Part shown: positions 21,604 to 37,275 of the stretch, one piece after another
Position numbering within the stretch: position 1 is the stretch's first letter
Layout: the number at the start of each line of letters is the position of its first letter
Assembly: GCA_043228905.1 (NCBI GenBank)
Contig: JBHGNT010000004.1
Coordinates: 16,244,001-16,308,000 of the forward strand
Direction of reading: 5' to 3'
Length of the DNA stretch: 64,000 nucleotides
Origin: Azolla caroliniana
Lineage: Eukaryota; Plantae; Polypodiophyta
Position numbers and translations under genes: made by a program
Notes under the pieces: model-generated
Told to the model about the DNA's origin: nothing
The model's input: only the letters and a program-made list of their open reading frames with translations
Database searches by the model: none

Positions 21604-24290
21604 TGTATGTATAATGAACCCCCTTTTCTGTCCCGTCCCACTCTCTCTCTCTCTCTCTCTCCCTCTCTCTCTTTCGTCATCAAAATGCATGTACATACAT
21701 ATACATACACATCTGGCAATGTGACAACACTCTTGGGAGTTTTTAATCTTATCTTCACGTTGTGCATCGCGATAAATAAGTAAATAAGGACGGACGCGCG
21801 CGTTCAATGTGAATCCATCCTCCTGTTGGAGAATAACATACACGGCTTTCATCTAAACAATCATTTGCAAGAGTGGTCCCCTACATGGTGAAAAATCTTC
21901 AACAATGCCATGCTCTTATTGGTGTGAAGTTACACTGTCAAAACTCGAGTAGCAAATGACCGTACAAGTTCTCATCTTATAGAAAATTTTCCCCCTAGAC
22001 TTCGTCTGACATGGTAAAAAGTTTCCAGTGATACAAAGACGTACATGTTCATGAAGAAGGTAAAATTTTGCCAACTACTTTTATCTTCAATGATGTCATA
22101 TTGTCACCTTACGTTATGCCAATCATGACGTTTGATCATCCATCAACAATCATGCCACTATTGCCCGAATGAATATATCCTCCTGTAAATAATCAACATT
22201 GCTAAAAATAAGTCCTTGTGCTTGTGAGTCATGACGTGTCTATATTGGACATATGCACATGTCATGATAATGCATACTACCCGTTTTGTACTTAACAACA
22301 CATTGTGACTTGTGACTACTTATTATCTTGTCTACACATATTGACAAGATAAAACATTGTGAACAAACACGAACTAACATGTTGGAATAATGCAAATAAA
22401 ATGCTCTCACATTGGTTGATATCAAGCAACACAACAAACAAAACTCGTTTATTACATTACAAGATGTATTGCATTGACTGGTCATTGGATAATTGTGCCT
22501 ACAACTAATTCAAATATATATGGCTTGATCTTGCCAAAGGAGGAGATCAACCCAAATAAGATGTAAATGAAAACACACAGTCCGCTTTTATAGTGAAAAG
22601 GGGAGATCATTGTTAGTTTCATTGTAAGATGTTTGAGGCTTTCAATAAGCGATATGGTATTGTGTTTCGAGTGTCCACTTTTATTCATCTATGAAAAAAT
22701 ATAAGGATGCAAGATTGCATATTAAAAAAACTCTTTTTAATAGGATACATACATTTATAGGTAAAGTTGTATATATTGGAAATGGAGCCTGAAGTATCTA
22801 GAACCATTCCAAAGGTAATTGTTGAGGCAAGATAAAATAGAATCAGCAAGATATTACATGTTAAAAGCACAATGTGGAAGTGTTGAATTTATGTATACAT
22901 AATGTAAGAGTTTTCTTCTTGCTCCACTATCATTTCACATTTGCAATAAAGTTTTGGACCTTTCTCTTCATCATAACTTGTAATGATTGACATTTAGCCC
23001 CTTATTAGTTTCCCTCATCAGGTTCTTTCTTATGTTCTTGTGCCTTATTAATCCTTAAGACTCACATATGAAGCTTTGCTTCATGTTTTCTCCTTTTGCC
23101 TAGACAATAAAGGTAAGAAAACAAGTATAAGTCCCAGTTATTACAAAGCTATCGGGATCACTAGAAAGGACACTTCATGAAATATTTATGACATAGAAGG
23201 TGGGATAGTACAAGAGGTTCCTTTGTTGTCCTTTTTTATCCCGTAGAATTGTTCTTTATGATATATCAAGCTCCAAATGTTTGGGATTCTACTTCTTGCT
23301 TGAAAGCATTCTTTTATTGCATTCAAATAAAAACCAAGATGTCTTTGTTGTTATAATATTTCAAGTTTTTGAGTCAAAAAATGCATTGACACCATATAAT
23401 ATCATGGAAAAAACAAGAACAATATGTGCAATCACTTACCGCTAGGGCATCCCTTCTTTATTTTTCCTTGCACACAATCGCAAGTCTCATAATCAATGCA
23501 CAAAGGGACACAATGCAATTATTAGTTTATGGACACTATTTAACAATTTGGTCTTTTATTAGCAAATTTTCTCGTTAAGTACAAAGGATAGTGGAATCAT
23601 TGTTGCACTTAAAAACTTGTTTTACCACTATATATACATATTGTACAATTTGAACATTCGTATGGTCATTTATAAATGACTTCTACAATAATAAAGGTGG
23701 TGTAAGTCAATAATTATGTAATAGAGAAATTACACATAGGTGCATTTTAGTTATTATGAAGGTTTGGCTAAAAATATGCACAATTATGTGTGTGTGTGTG
23801 TGTGTGTGTGTGTTATATTTTGAACAAAAATGATGACATTTGTAAATTGTGAGGTATGGAATCTTGATGGATGAATTCCAAAGTCACATAAGAGCAAGAT
23901 CTAGAACGGTTAAAAGCTAGATATATGGTTGATGTTTGTGAGACTACATATTGGATTTATGCAATTCGGAGATCAAGATGTCGAATATTTTCATGTGTTT
24001 GCATGAAATAAAGGTGATTTTCCCGATGTGGAGAAAGAGGGAACAAATTGATGAAATTAAGGCAATTTTCCTTTGAGACAAGTCATGGATTGAGATCAAG
24101 AAAGGATAAGATGAAATATCATGTAATGTGATACATATTTTATTATAATATGATGTGATTTCATGGGGTAACATCAAAAGTACAAAACAAACAATGGTCT
24201 AATGGGATTGCCATGAGTTTGGGATACAATATAAGATGTGATGAGATCTTGTGTGAAGGGATGTGTTGACTTGTCATGGCAAATGTTAGG

Positions 24291-24341
<51 letters not shown>

Positions 24342-27300
24342 GTGAGTAAGTAAAATAGGTGAGATAGTGATAAATGGGTAATGATTGAGATATTCTGCAC
24401 ATAGTTTGTCTCATTGGTTATTCATTACGAATAAAATGTACATTCTAGTAGTTTCCATTGTTCCAATTGCAAGGATGCAGTTATTTTAACTACAAAGGGC
24501 ACCTTTGGTGTAGGATATGTACATATGTTTCAATCAAGTGGTATGGAGTTGAGCATTGGTTACTAATGATAGAGTTGAAGCTAGGTCATACAGGCAAACA
24601 TTTATATTGTGAAATGCACATAAGACACATGCACACCACAATATACACATAAATATAGATAGAGAGAACTGCGTAACATCAAGAAGTGACATTCCAAGTC
24701 GGTGCTCCATACTAGGGTCCTAAACTTGAGCCTCATATTGAAGATGCTTTGTTCAAGCCAGAGAATAGTTGCTTTTGTCTTGATATTTATGATGGTACCA
24801 AAAGTTATTTGCATGAATGATGATTACGTGATAGGCGTACAATTGCGTTTCAAGCATTGTCTTGAGGGCAATGCCAAGTTGCATAGTTATTTTTGTTAGT
24901 GAAAATTAGACACTCTGATTAAAATATTTTATTTGCCCTTTATTGGGTATCCATGTAATGATTTTGATTATTTAGTGATTTGTACCTTTCTTTACATTTG
25001 TATACTTGATTGATTTGTTTCTTCTATCTTATCGTGTGATGACTTCTATGATCTATGTATCCTTTACTAAATTCTCCCTCTTGTTTACTCTCTCTGACTT
25101 GCTACTTCTTAGGGTAGGGATGTGAAACTTTGCCCCACCTTGTTTAAATGCAACACAAATATATAAGCACTTTTGGAATTATAAGGGAATTTCAGAACGT
25201 ATATATAAACAAGTGGATTCTATGTTTCTTTTAATTTTGAATAAGTGGGCAAATTTTCAGTTATTCATTGTTTGTTTTGTCTCTAATGATATTCAATTAG
25301 GGCAAAACATCTCTGACTTATTGGACTAGTCTAATTTCTTTTATTAAAGTTTCTCTTTAAACGTTATTTTACTTTGGATTCTGAGGGATTATACGTCATC
25401 TACTCTCTTGCCTTCTTGAGATAGTTTGTTTAGCTCATCAAGGTTTGTAGGACTTTTCGAAATATATGTTTAGATGTCTTATGACAACTTCATTGTGAAA
25501 CATCATGGGTTAGAATTTAGAAAGCTTATACTCTCTTGCTCACTGAAGAGGGCTTTGTTTATCTCATTGGGGTTTGTAGAAATTCTCAAAAGATGTATTT
25601 TGATGATGTCTCATGGCAATCTTAGTGTGAAACGCCATGCATTGGAAAACCTATGGAAGTCTTTGGAAGCGGTCAGTGGTCACTTATTCTTAAATTTAAC
25701 AAGTGAGGGATGTTGTTCAAAGTTTCCTTTTTGTACTAAATATTTTACACAGAAGATAGCATTGACAATGGCTACTAAAAGAGGTACCACTTGTTCTTAA
25801 AGGTAGTTTGAAGCTAAAAGTAGGAAGGGGGGGGGGGGAGGGGGACTCGGGAGGACAAATACTTTTTAAACCATCATCATCTTGTTCTTGTTTTTCACTT
25901 CAACCTAATATTCTGACATGAAATCGCCAAAATCAATCGAGAAGTCTCGATGGTGAATGAGATCAAGATTAAGATAGTGGAATCAACAAAAACACAAGAG
26001 CATTTGGGTAAATAGAAATTGCTAGAGAATATTTTCAAAGTTTTCTTTTAGTATTGCTATGACATTGATTAAAGAAACACTGTTGCTCATTATTTGAACT
26101 TTGATTCATTGAATCTTGAATTCTTTGTAGTATTCATTTTTATGAAAATTAAAGACTCAAACATCTCCTTTGGGGTCTTAACCCCCCAATCAAGCCACTC
26201 TGAAACCAGACCTTAAATGCTGGTGTAATATACAAATGATTTCTATGATGAAAATATGGGTTGTTGGTTATGTGGCCAATTGCTTTAGACTTTATGCCAA
26301 GACCTTGAATTTATAAAGCACAATCTTGACCACTTTTAAGGCACATTTGGTATCACATTTTTAAGACCAACACATTAACATATGTTCGACCACAACTTCA
26401 ACATTCATCATGTACCTTCTAAGTATTGAGGCTAACATTGAGAATCAATACATCAACAATCAAGATTGCAACCTTGAACATTAGAAATGATGGCCAAAGA
26501 TCATAAGAGATTATTGATAATCTAGGCCACATTATCTTCATTGGCCTTGACCCTAATTTCATTGCGTAAGGCATTTCCAACTTCAAGCTTCTTGATTGCT
26601 CATGTGTTTGGCCATAACATATGTAAGAAAGGAAACACTGGAATTGATGTAACTTGAGGTAGAAATAAGGAAACAAGTTTCCCTTATGTTAGTGGTTTAA
26701 ATAAATGCGTAGTCAACTACATTTTAAAAAATAGAGCACTTTCTAGTGGTCATAGTACATTGTAATTGTGATTTCTAGTCACGCAAAGACAGGAAACCTT
26801 TATAGGTTTTTCTATTTAAATAAGTGCTTATTGTTTATTTCCTGTTTAAGTTTGGTCATGGAAAGTGTTGACAAACTCGATCATCGACTTAATTATGTTT
26901 GAAGAAGAAATCAAGAATCTATATAAGTGGGTGACAAATGGTGAAAGCAACTAGTAGTGCTGTCTCATGAAATTGGTTTGACCCTACACTATTGAACAAG
27001 CCTAGGTTTTGCATTTAATGAACTCGTTTGACACCACTATTTTTATAAGATCCCTTGGGTCATAGAAACTGAAAATTTAGAGTAATGTTTTAGAAACAAA
27101 TGCTATTATCCATGATCTCAAACTAAAAGTACGTTTTTTTTAAAGTTTAGCACACAATCTTGTGATCTAGATATTGGTTGTATTGTATAATGCTTATTCA
27201 TTTGTATTTTATTATATAATCCCAATTTCCTAGTTTCAAACCATGGGTTTTTGGAAGTGATGTCATGCAAACATTTTTAGAAGCAATTTTTATTTGTTTG

Positions 27301-28673
27301 AACTTTGCATGACATCAATCTAGAAGCGTGAAAATTTAATTGTACTACCCAATGTTCTACAATTGGTTGTGTTTACGCATGTAATGCCCTTGCTTATTTG
27401 CATTTGCATCCTATAAGGCAATACAATTGTTTTCAGCTTTTGTGGCTTGACAAAGTGAATTTTTAGTGGAAATTGTTACTTTCCTTGATCTTGAACTCCT
27501 AATATGCAAGTACGGTTAGGTCAAAGTGCTTAAACATGCAACCTTGTTAACATAGTTTGTATGGATTTAAACAATTGAATTGTGGAAGTGGGTTTGTATT
27601 AAAGACAAGTATTCATAACAAACTCTTTACTATACGTGATTTTGAACTAAAACATGCAAAAGTTTAAGTTTATAGTTCAATGATAAGCTCCCAACATAGG
27701 CAATATTGATGTTCACAATTATGTTCATAAATCAATATTATCATTTTAGAAGGTCAAGGAAAGAGTATAGAATGTTGGAGACTGTTTATGTCATTGCCAC
27801 TACAAGATCAAGCCAACATACTCCATGGAATCAGGGGCAGATGGACTATGAGATCTAAAATTATGAACGCTCTATTGCTTGAAGAAGTTGCTAATGAAAG
27901 GACGAAAACGGAGAAGTGGATAGGCTACGAGGAGGAGGGATCCAAGGCCATGAATTGTGTGAGACAATGAGGTACCAACATCGAACATGGCAATTCAAGT
28001 GTTCGCATATACAGGTCGTAAATGGATTGTAGACCCCAATCCAATCAAAGTACAACCAGGATGGCACATATGTACTCATGAAAACACATGGTTACGTAAG
28101 GAAAGTTGGGACCCTTCGCAATGGACGTGGCACAATCCTTATGCGGGTCTAGGAAGCAAAGTCATCCCTTTCTTCCAATTCACGACAAGATTGGGATGTC
28201 ACATTCTAGCCGCTCAAACCACTCGAGAGCCGGCTGTTGCAATGATTTGGCACACATATCACGTTCCCCATGAAATTATCACCAAGTTTTGACAGAAAAT
28301 ATGGAAACAACACCATGCTAGGCGAATTACCACCTTCCAATGGCTATCAATACATAGGTCACTACCGGTTGGAGCGTGGCAACGTGGAATCCTTAGATCT
28401 CCTAATTGTGTAGTGTGCCCAAATGTAATAGAGTCAATGAGACATGCTCTATGGAATTTCCTAGAGACCCATCAAATATGGTAGGGGGTTGGCCACCTAT
28501 TGCAATTATTCTAGGTGCAAGGCACAATCAAGCGAGGGAATGTATGTTGGTTATCATGGCATCCCCCAATTGAGATGTATGAAGATCGGGAGGAGGGGAT
28601 GACATTGGTGATAAAGGCACAAGGGATTTTGTTTTCCACCATCAACAATTTCCACTCAACTCTTATTAATGCC

Positions 28674-28722
28674 TGTCACGGACGAGTAGAACACAACAAA
28701 ACCAAGACGAGACTAAATACTA

Positions 28723-28800
<78 letters not shown>

Positions 28801-29065
28801 AAAGAGATAACATGAACTCAACTTATGCTTCCATAACTGGTGTTGTTCACCTTGATTAGAAATATTCTAGAGAATGCATGCAAGCTAGGAATATTCTAGA
28901 GAATGCATGAGGATGAATGCAAGCGAGGAAACTTCTTGTGTTTAACCTACAATGCATCAAGTTGAATTTTATACAATGATGCCCCAATGGATGTAGCTAA
29001 GTTCATAAGGTTGCCCAATGGAGACCATAAGGTCATGAGTTCAACGCCTACATTTCACAGTTGCA
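28674..29065 (-). mobile_element. Solo-like LTR of a Gypsy family (related to 38654-38928), with tRNA-like module copy B (about 28987-29062, + strand)
   Basis: TGTCAC...GTTGCA ends and a GA microsatellite. Shares AACTGGTGTTGTTCACCTTGATTAGA and GGTTGCCCAAT.GAGACCAT.AGGT with 38654-38928. No TSD seen. Confidence 0.65.
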
Positions 29066-29083
29066 TCTAGTTAACCACATATA

Positions 29084-30069
29084 CAGTAACCATTCGGTTA
29101 AGTACGTGCCCACTTAAGTACACCATTCTATTAAGTGCGCATTCTATAGAGGTCAAATTTACACTGTTTCATGATGAAATTACATCAAACCAAATTGGAA
29201 CTATGTTCCTAACACCAAAAAACAATAAAATGAGTTTCTAAAAATAATAAAATTAAAAGAATTTGTTACACGATGGTGGATGGGGTCTGTTGAAAACAAA
29301 GAGAGAAATGCAAAGCATAAAAACGAATGCAAATTCAAAAGTGGTCTCTAGTTGCGACATCAATGTGTATGTCTGTGTGTCGTGTGTCAATGTGTGTGTC
29401 TATGAGTCAGTGATTTTGATTCTTGGTTAAAGAAAATAAACTTTCTACTAACCTAATTATCCATTTCCTTTTCCCGATCATCTGATTATGTCCCCCCACC
29501 CCCCATGGCCGCCTTGTTCGATTCATTCATCCTTAATTTTCTTTCTTTCTTTCTTTCTTTCTTTTCCTCCCTCCCTCCCTCGCTCACTTTTTGTGCATCT
29601 CGTTTTTTCTCAAAGATGGTAGAAGTTGCAGCCTAATCTTTCTCTGTCATTCCTCTCCTCTCTATTCCCGTTTCCTCCATTTGTACTACAATTGCTTAAA
29701 CATGCAACCACTAGGAAGAAAACGTAGGAAAAAATATTAGCGCATCCAAGGTAATCCAATGAATAAGATATGTATTCCTTAAGCCTAGCAGAGATGAGAA
29801 AACTAACGGTAATATGGAATCAAGAAAGAAACGATATTCAAGAAGAGTATGCTGAAACAAGAAATGTTTTAGGTCAATTATATCACATAAATTGATCACC
29901 TCTCTTATCAAGAATTGTGTGATCAGAACATAGAGAGAAAAAATTTCGGAAAACCCTAAAAATTTCAAAAAAGCCCTAAAATTATTCAGAAAACCCTTAA
30001 GTACGCAGCTCGGTTAAGTACGCACTTCTTCCTTGCGTTCAAAGTGCGTACTTAACCGAATGGTTACTG
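29084..30069. mobile_element. Non-autonomous Tc1/mariner (pogo/Tigger-like) element, 986 bp
   Basis: Perfect 23-bp TIR CAGTAACCATTCGGTTAAGTACG, TA duplication at 29082-83 and 30070-71, and subterminal TTAAGTAC repeats at both ends. Confidence 0.9.
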
Positions 30070-33000
30070 TATATGTTTGTAACATTATCCTCCTTTTAAG
30101 GCCACCTCCTAATACTCGCGGTCGGCTTATGTGGGTACCATTGATGAAAAGCTCGAATAACCCTACATTCCATAGTGGCATCTAATTAACCTCATATGTA
30201 TGTTTATAACAATGCTAAACAACAGTGTAGATGGGTGTTTTCCAATCAAACCAAAGCTCAAGTTGTGATGGAATTGGTCAGCCCAATAACTCTTTGGATT
30301 CTTTAGAAACAACGATGTAGACAGGTGTTTTCCAATCACACTGTGCATCAAGCAATGTTATTGCAGGAGATATGGAGTGAAGTTGTAGTCACTCTAAAGA
30401 GCCAATACAATGGCCTCACGGGTGGATCCGATGGAGTCGAAAGACAATGATTAGCCGTCATCCAACAATGATCCTATGGAGGTTTTTGGGAAAAGAAAAA
30501 CATATTGTCATTTCAACCCTTTCGTTAAGAAAAATAAATTTGTAGAATCATTAATCATTGGGTATAATCCTTAATGCATGATCTTTAGCATACAAGTATG
30601 CAAATTGTTTTTAATGTGTACCCACAATGCTTCACATACGCGCGTGTATTAATGATGCATTTAGTTCCCTTAGTTGTTGGCATTGACTTTCAATATGTAA
30701 ATATTCTCAACATAATTTACATTATTTTGCATGATCTCTGTCTTAATTCTGCAATTTTTTTTATACCCTTTATACAACCCTAAGGCTACATACGTCATCA
30801 CATATGCATGTAATGCCCTTGCTTTTTAGCAATGCATGCCATAATACGATTTAGGAGGAAATCATTTGTGGGAAGGACCTCAAGCTAAATATATGAGGAA
30901 CTTTTATTGTCTTTCATTACTAAATAACTTTTATTTTCATTGTCTCTAACATTTATGAGGATCTTTTGCGTTGCATGTAATGCTCTTGTTTGTTTGCATC
31001 ACTTTTTCTTATTTATTGTATCATTTTAAATTCTTGTGTTTTGAAAGGTTTTAGAAAAGCTTTTTTCAAAGATAGGCTCCATAATGTTTGAACAATAGGC
31101 CCTTGCATAATGGTAGCTTTGATTCATCTAAAATATTAACGTCATTGTGTAATCCTATGCTTTGAATAGTAGAACTCATGAGTGCTCGAATGTATGTAAT
31201 TTTGTTTTGATGGTTATCATTTTAGTTGTACTATGAGTTCCCTGCCTGACCGCCAATTCAGAACCGCTCGTGACAGTTTCCCGTCATACGGCTGATAAAG
31301 ATAAAGTAAAAGATAATTTCTAGGAGCAAATAGTGTTAGTGCACGCATGGTTTCAAAGGAAGAGTTTCCACCATGAGCTCAAAATACAACCAATTGCTCG
31401 ACAATTGAGCCCACAATTTTCAATAAGTTAACTTGGTGAATCCATGAGCAATAATTTATATAGATGTCTAAAGACTCTTATTTGACGTATAATGACAATG
31501 ATTTTATTTATAATATTGTGGAGTGGCCATGCACAATGCCATGTGCTTAGCCCATGCGACCACTCATGCAGTCACCATGTGTAGCAATTAAGTGCCACAT
31601 GTGCACATGTGTAATCACCCATTTGGTAAGTGGAGGTGTCTACCCATCAATAAGGCAGAGGAGATTTCTATTCCGTCTTGTTTCTTGTATATATCACATA
31701 CTGGTAGAGACAACGACTTCTTGTCCTGCACCTAAGTCAATCCCACAATGTCAGCCTAACCGTGCATCATATTAGCTCATGAGCACTTTCCAATGCTCAC
31801 CAACCTCGATGAGGACGATAGCATGAGCTCCTACCCCTCCCCTCAAATGGAACAAATGTTTCAAGCCATGAAGAACCTCGTCCTCCAGGTCACACATATC
31901 ATTCAATCCATCATGTTGTTTATATCTTCGTAGCAACATCCCACCCCCTCCCCTTCCGCAGCCCACCCACCCACCGTTGTCTTGAAGTTACGTGATGTTA
32001 AGAGTCTATTACTAATCAATAGACCGAAATAAAGTTAAATAAGGTAAATAGATTGGATAGAAGAACTCGTCCCAACCGACCACCCCTGAGGTATGATCAA
32101 GACATAACCAATCAATCACTTGTTACTGTACGAGATGTACGGGTGATTGATAACTGTGATAACTGAGGGTGAAAGATGTAATGTGTTGATATGTATGTGT
32201 AATCTTATACGATTATGAGTGTGAATGTAAGTGTGAGTGTGGTGGATACAAAGAGGTGTGAGTGAGCGACTAGGTGGCAATGCCCAAGGGGCTTGCACCC
32301 TTGTGTATCTACCCTTTTGTACCTATTTAACCCCTTATGGGGAAAGAATGAACAAGTAACATTTCTCTCTCAATCTCTCTCTCCCTCTCTCTCCCCTCCC
32401 CTTAACGTTGAACCCCCTTGGGAGGGGGGTGGAGCCATTCTAGGCACCACCCCCCACCCCGCAATGCTTCTCAATGCTTGTCAACATCTTCATGATCTCT
32501 CTCACCATCATACTCACCATCATCTTCATTATTACACCATGTCTATCTTCGTCATCGATAATCATCGTTACCATTAACCCTAACCCTAAAACGTACAACA
32601 CTTTTTGGCGATCCCCTTTGGAAACGAAGTTGAAGACTAATACGTGGTAGAGACAGCAACGATGAAATGTGCGATAATGGTGATGATGATGTGCGAGAAA
32701 TCGAATTTATGATGAGTAACAAATCGAATCGGTAATGTGCAAGAAATGGTGACCACAATGTGTTGGAAATGGCCATGATAGCGAAAAAAAAGAAACAATC
32801 ATAGCGACAACCGTAATGACAGAGATCGACAACAACAATGATGGCCAGACAACCGGAAAGACATGGCCGTTCGTGCCGAACAACAACGGAGATGACCGGG
32901 GACGACGACTGGGATGAATGAAGACAGTCGGACAAGGTCGATAACGACAGATATGCGAAGAGACAAAGACCATTGAAGAACGACTTGATGGTCGGAAATG

Positions 33001-33709
33001 GCCGAACGGATAGACGGAAGAATGAACGAAGGACCGGAAAAATATGGTTAGAGACGGACAACTGAACATAGTTGGCCAAAGGGCTGAAAAGAGAATGACG
33101 GCTAACCAGACCAGACCAGACGGGAATGAGGGACATGCACTGTACAAGACAATGATGAACAGGAATCGAGACGGCCGGACAAACGAACCGAGAAAGATGG
33201 CATTGGAGACGGTTGGAGATGATGATGGAGCCGACGGACAGGCTCAGACAGAGACGGATGAGCAACTATGATAGAGACGTCGAAATGGGTCGGATAGGAC
33301 TACCGGGTTGGAAAATGAAGAGCGGTCAAAGTGGCCGGACAATAGACGAAGCAGTAGGGGTGACCGACAATGGCCGAAAAGCAACCGAACCGGTCGTAAT
33401 AGCCGGACAAAGGCTGGAGCAGCCGAGCCACCGAGGGCTAGACAGACGGAGAAACAGACAGACGGCCCTGGGGGCTTCACTGTCAAAACTTGTATGATAG
33501 CACGTGAGTTCATCAAAAGGGGTTTAAATTAATCAATGAGATACATAATACATATATATAAGGGTATTAATAAAGATTTGAAAATATATTTACATAAGGG
33601 TATTATCAATTATGCTGGATTTTTTTTTTACATAAGCCCATGAAATATTAGATATTTCAATGAGATACTAAAGAATATATTATACAAACAATACTCAAAT
33701 TTGGAGTAG

Positions 33710-34163
33710 CATATATACATACATATATACAGACATACATACATACATATACATGCATATACCTACATTCAAACATTACATCCATGAATATGTATATACA
33801 TACATTACACCCATTTATACATGCATACTGACTAAACATAAATATATGTAGAAATATGTATTACCATATGTAAATATGTACATACACATACATACATGGA
33901 TTACATACTACATACATATTAGAATCGGCCATATATATTGACATAGGAGTATACATAATACATACATAAAAAATACATATTACATATATACATACACATT
34001 CTCACAAACATATTTTATATATTACATATTACACACATATTATTATACACACAATTATATACAAATGCAAATATACAAACCAAACACAAAAAAATAAAGT
34101 ACATATTATATATATATATATACACTGTTACACACATTCCATACATACAATACAATACAATAT

Positions 34164-34202
<39 letters not shown>

Positions 34203-37200
34203 TCACACATGCATACCACATACATGGATATATACCTACATTCATATATCATACATCACACATGCATACCACATACATGCATATATACCTACATTCATAT
34301 ATCATACATCACACATGCGTATATATCTGTACATTCAAACATTACATCCATGAATATGTATATACATACATTACACCCATTTATACATGCATACTGACTA
34401 AACATAAATATATGCACAAATATATATTACCATATGTAAATATGTACATACACATACATACATGCATTACATATTGCATATATATTAGAATCAAGTTTCA
34501 ACCATATATATTGACATACATATATACATGTAACATAATACATACAATAAAATTACATATGACATACATACATACGCAAATGCATATATACATACAAAAC
34601 ACAGAAAAATAAATTACATATTATATATATACACATACACATACATATTTTTTTTTTCCAAAATAAAGCTACTTTCCCATTAGTTAGGAAGGATTATTAC
34701 AAGGAGACTATACAAGGAAGCTTATACACAAAACGGGGAATCTCCCTCAGATCAAGATCAAGAAAATGAGACTACTTACATAGTTTTTCAAACCGACTAC
34801 CTAAAGTAAGTAGATACCTATACCTAAAAGTAGTGGCCTTTAGTGTCGGCCAGAATGAGCCAACTCCCGGGGCCTACATCGAAGGGAGGGAGGCGTGAAA
34901 GAAGGAAACAACCATCGTGGGGGCTGGTAGTTCCACCTCGGTCCACTTTCTCCTAGTGTCACCATAGGCGTGTTCCGCCATTTCTGCCAAAAGCGCAACC
35001 GGGTAGTGGCCACGTCATTGGAGTGGTTGCAAACCTTATCTAAATGCCCTCGTAGGCAGCTGATAAGCGCGAACCAGATATCCATGATCACTTCCTCTGG
35101 GGGTTGTACCCGATCTTGGAAAACCTTTAAGCATCGTGCTTTCCAGACATACCATAAGGTGAAGCCCGCGATCAACCTCCAAATTTCCAGGAACCTAGGG
35201 GATGCGGACAACAAGTCTCTCTTGAAGCGGATCTTGCCGATTTGGCCTCTTGTGCATACATAGCACCAAGTATCCTCATTAAAGGCGTCCGTCCACCTAT
35301 CAATCGAGAGGTCAATCCATGCCGCAGCACTCCACGAGGCTGTTCCAACCACTTCACATGCCGTTAGGAGGCGAGTGACTCTGTCCCATACCTTTTGAGC
35401 TTGAGGGCAATCCCAAAGACAGTGTCTCAGAGACTCAATGGGTGAAGAGCAAAGTGGGCATCCTATCGGGCCGCCCCTTTTACCAAGCCATTCCCCAACA
35501 GGAATCACATTGTGACCAATCTGCCACCAAAAGAGCTTGATTTTTTCAGGCATGTGGAGACGCCAAAGACCCTTCCAAAAGGTAATGAGCACCTCGTCAG
35601 GGATGCCCAATGTTCACCATCCATTACGAATGGGACCAACGAGCTGCAATTGTAAAGTCCACCCCAATTTAGTGCTATATTCAAAGAAGTGGTAGAGTTT
35701 GTCACCATGTTTCCACCTGAAATCCCCTGGGTCCCATTCTAGTTCAACGAGGGGACGAGAACCATATACCCATAACTTCCAATGGAAGCTTCTAGTAACA
35801 TCTGGGTCTGTCTTCCAAATGTTATCAACCTCCGCCACCATTCGAACCGGAAGCCAAGTGCCCCTACATTGCCTCTCCCCAAAAAATGTATCTCTTCCCA
35901 ATCGACTCACACCCTTCACGAACTTAACCATTCCAACTTCATCAAAGAGACCGAACCATGCATCTTCTTGCATAGTCCCCAACGGAACCCTATCAATTGC
36001 CTCAACTATCAGGCTCCGCATCTTCATAGCTCCCTTGAGGGGAGGGAATGGGTCCTCCTGGGCTCCCCTGGAGAAACCATGTGTCTCCAATCGTCTATAG
36101 AGTGAAGCCCTGTCTGCGCCAACTTTCCCCATGCCAGGCCCTTAAGCTGCCCTAACATCATGTCATCGCTTGTTCGCACCTGAGGATTCCAAAATAAGGG
36201 TTAAGACTACATATTATATCATATATGTATACAAATCTTCATACTTACAAACAAGTTACATATATTACATATATATACACGTGCACACACACATAAATAA
36301 ATTAGATATTACATAGCATATAATCCATACCTATTACACAATATACAAATTTACACATACATAAATTACATATATACATATATTACATATGTAAATACAT
36401 ATTCCACATATCACCATATATATAGATTATACTGGACCATACAAGCCACAATACTTACATACACACACACATTAGGTATATGTATACTTACACATACATT
36501 GGATATATACATGCATATTACTTACATATTACAAACATACATCCATATACGAACCATATACATACTAAACATGAAAATATCCCAAAAATATACATACATA
36601 AATGCATTACATATATATGCATACATATATTCATACATTTACATACATATGACCACATACACACATACATATACATACACATACATACATTGGATATATA
36701 CATACATATTATGCACATATTACAAACACATTCGTACTCATGGAATCATGTATATTGACAGATACATATATGCATACACATACATACATATTCCACATAT
36801 CACCATATATATACATACATATGCCTACACTGTTATAAGTTTTACAAGCATACATCCATACACATATATACATACATTACATACATGCATACACATAAAT
36901 ACGTTACATACACATACATACGTACGTTACATATGTACATACATATCATCACAAACTACAATACATACATATATACATAAATATTATGAACAAACATCCA
37001 CACACTCATGTATGCATATATGCATATGCCATACACTATACACATACAAACATACATACATTACATATTACATATATACATAATACACATATGTACATTC
37101 ATGCATGTACATACATACATTGCATATGCATATATTACAATCACACATTCATATACATTGAGTCATGTACATTGACATATGGATATATGCGTACACCTAC

Positions 37201-37204
37201 ACAC

Positions 37205-37275
<71 letters not shown>

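Larger units (their letters stand above)
27780..30540 (+). mobile_element. Decayed LINE 3' fragment (zf-RVT region), interrupted by an LTR and a MITE
   Basis: WDPSQWTW, FFQFTTRLG, IWKQ...ITTFQWLSIHRSLPVGAW...CVVC...ESMRHALW. It resumes near 30350 (LLQEIWSEVVVTLK). Similar to the LINE at 34648-36207. Confidence 0.7.

Noticed and set aside
22530-22620. Two AAAGG(A)GGAGATCA purine tracts resembling multiple PPTs before TGTTAG
   Set aside because: No matching LTR or convincing coding remnant could be identified, so it is too weak to call.
32552-33532. Overlapping ORFs of 75-237 aa on both strands
   Set aside because: No recognisable domain; the composition bias explains the lack of stops.
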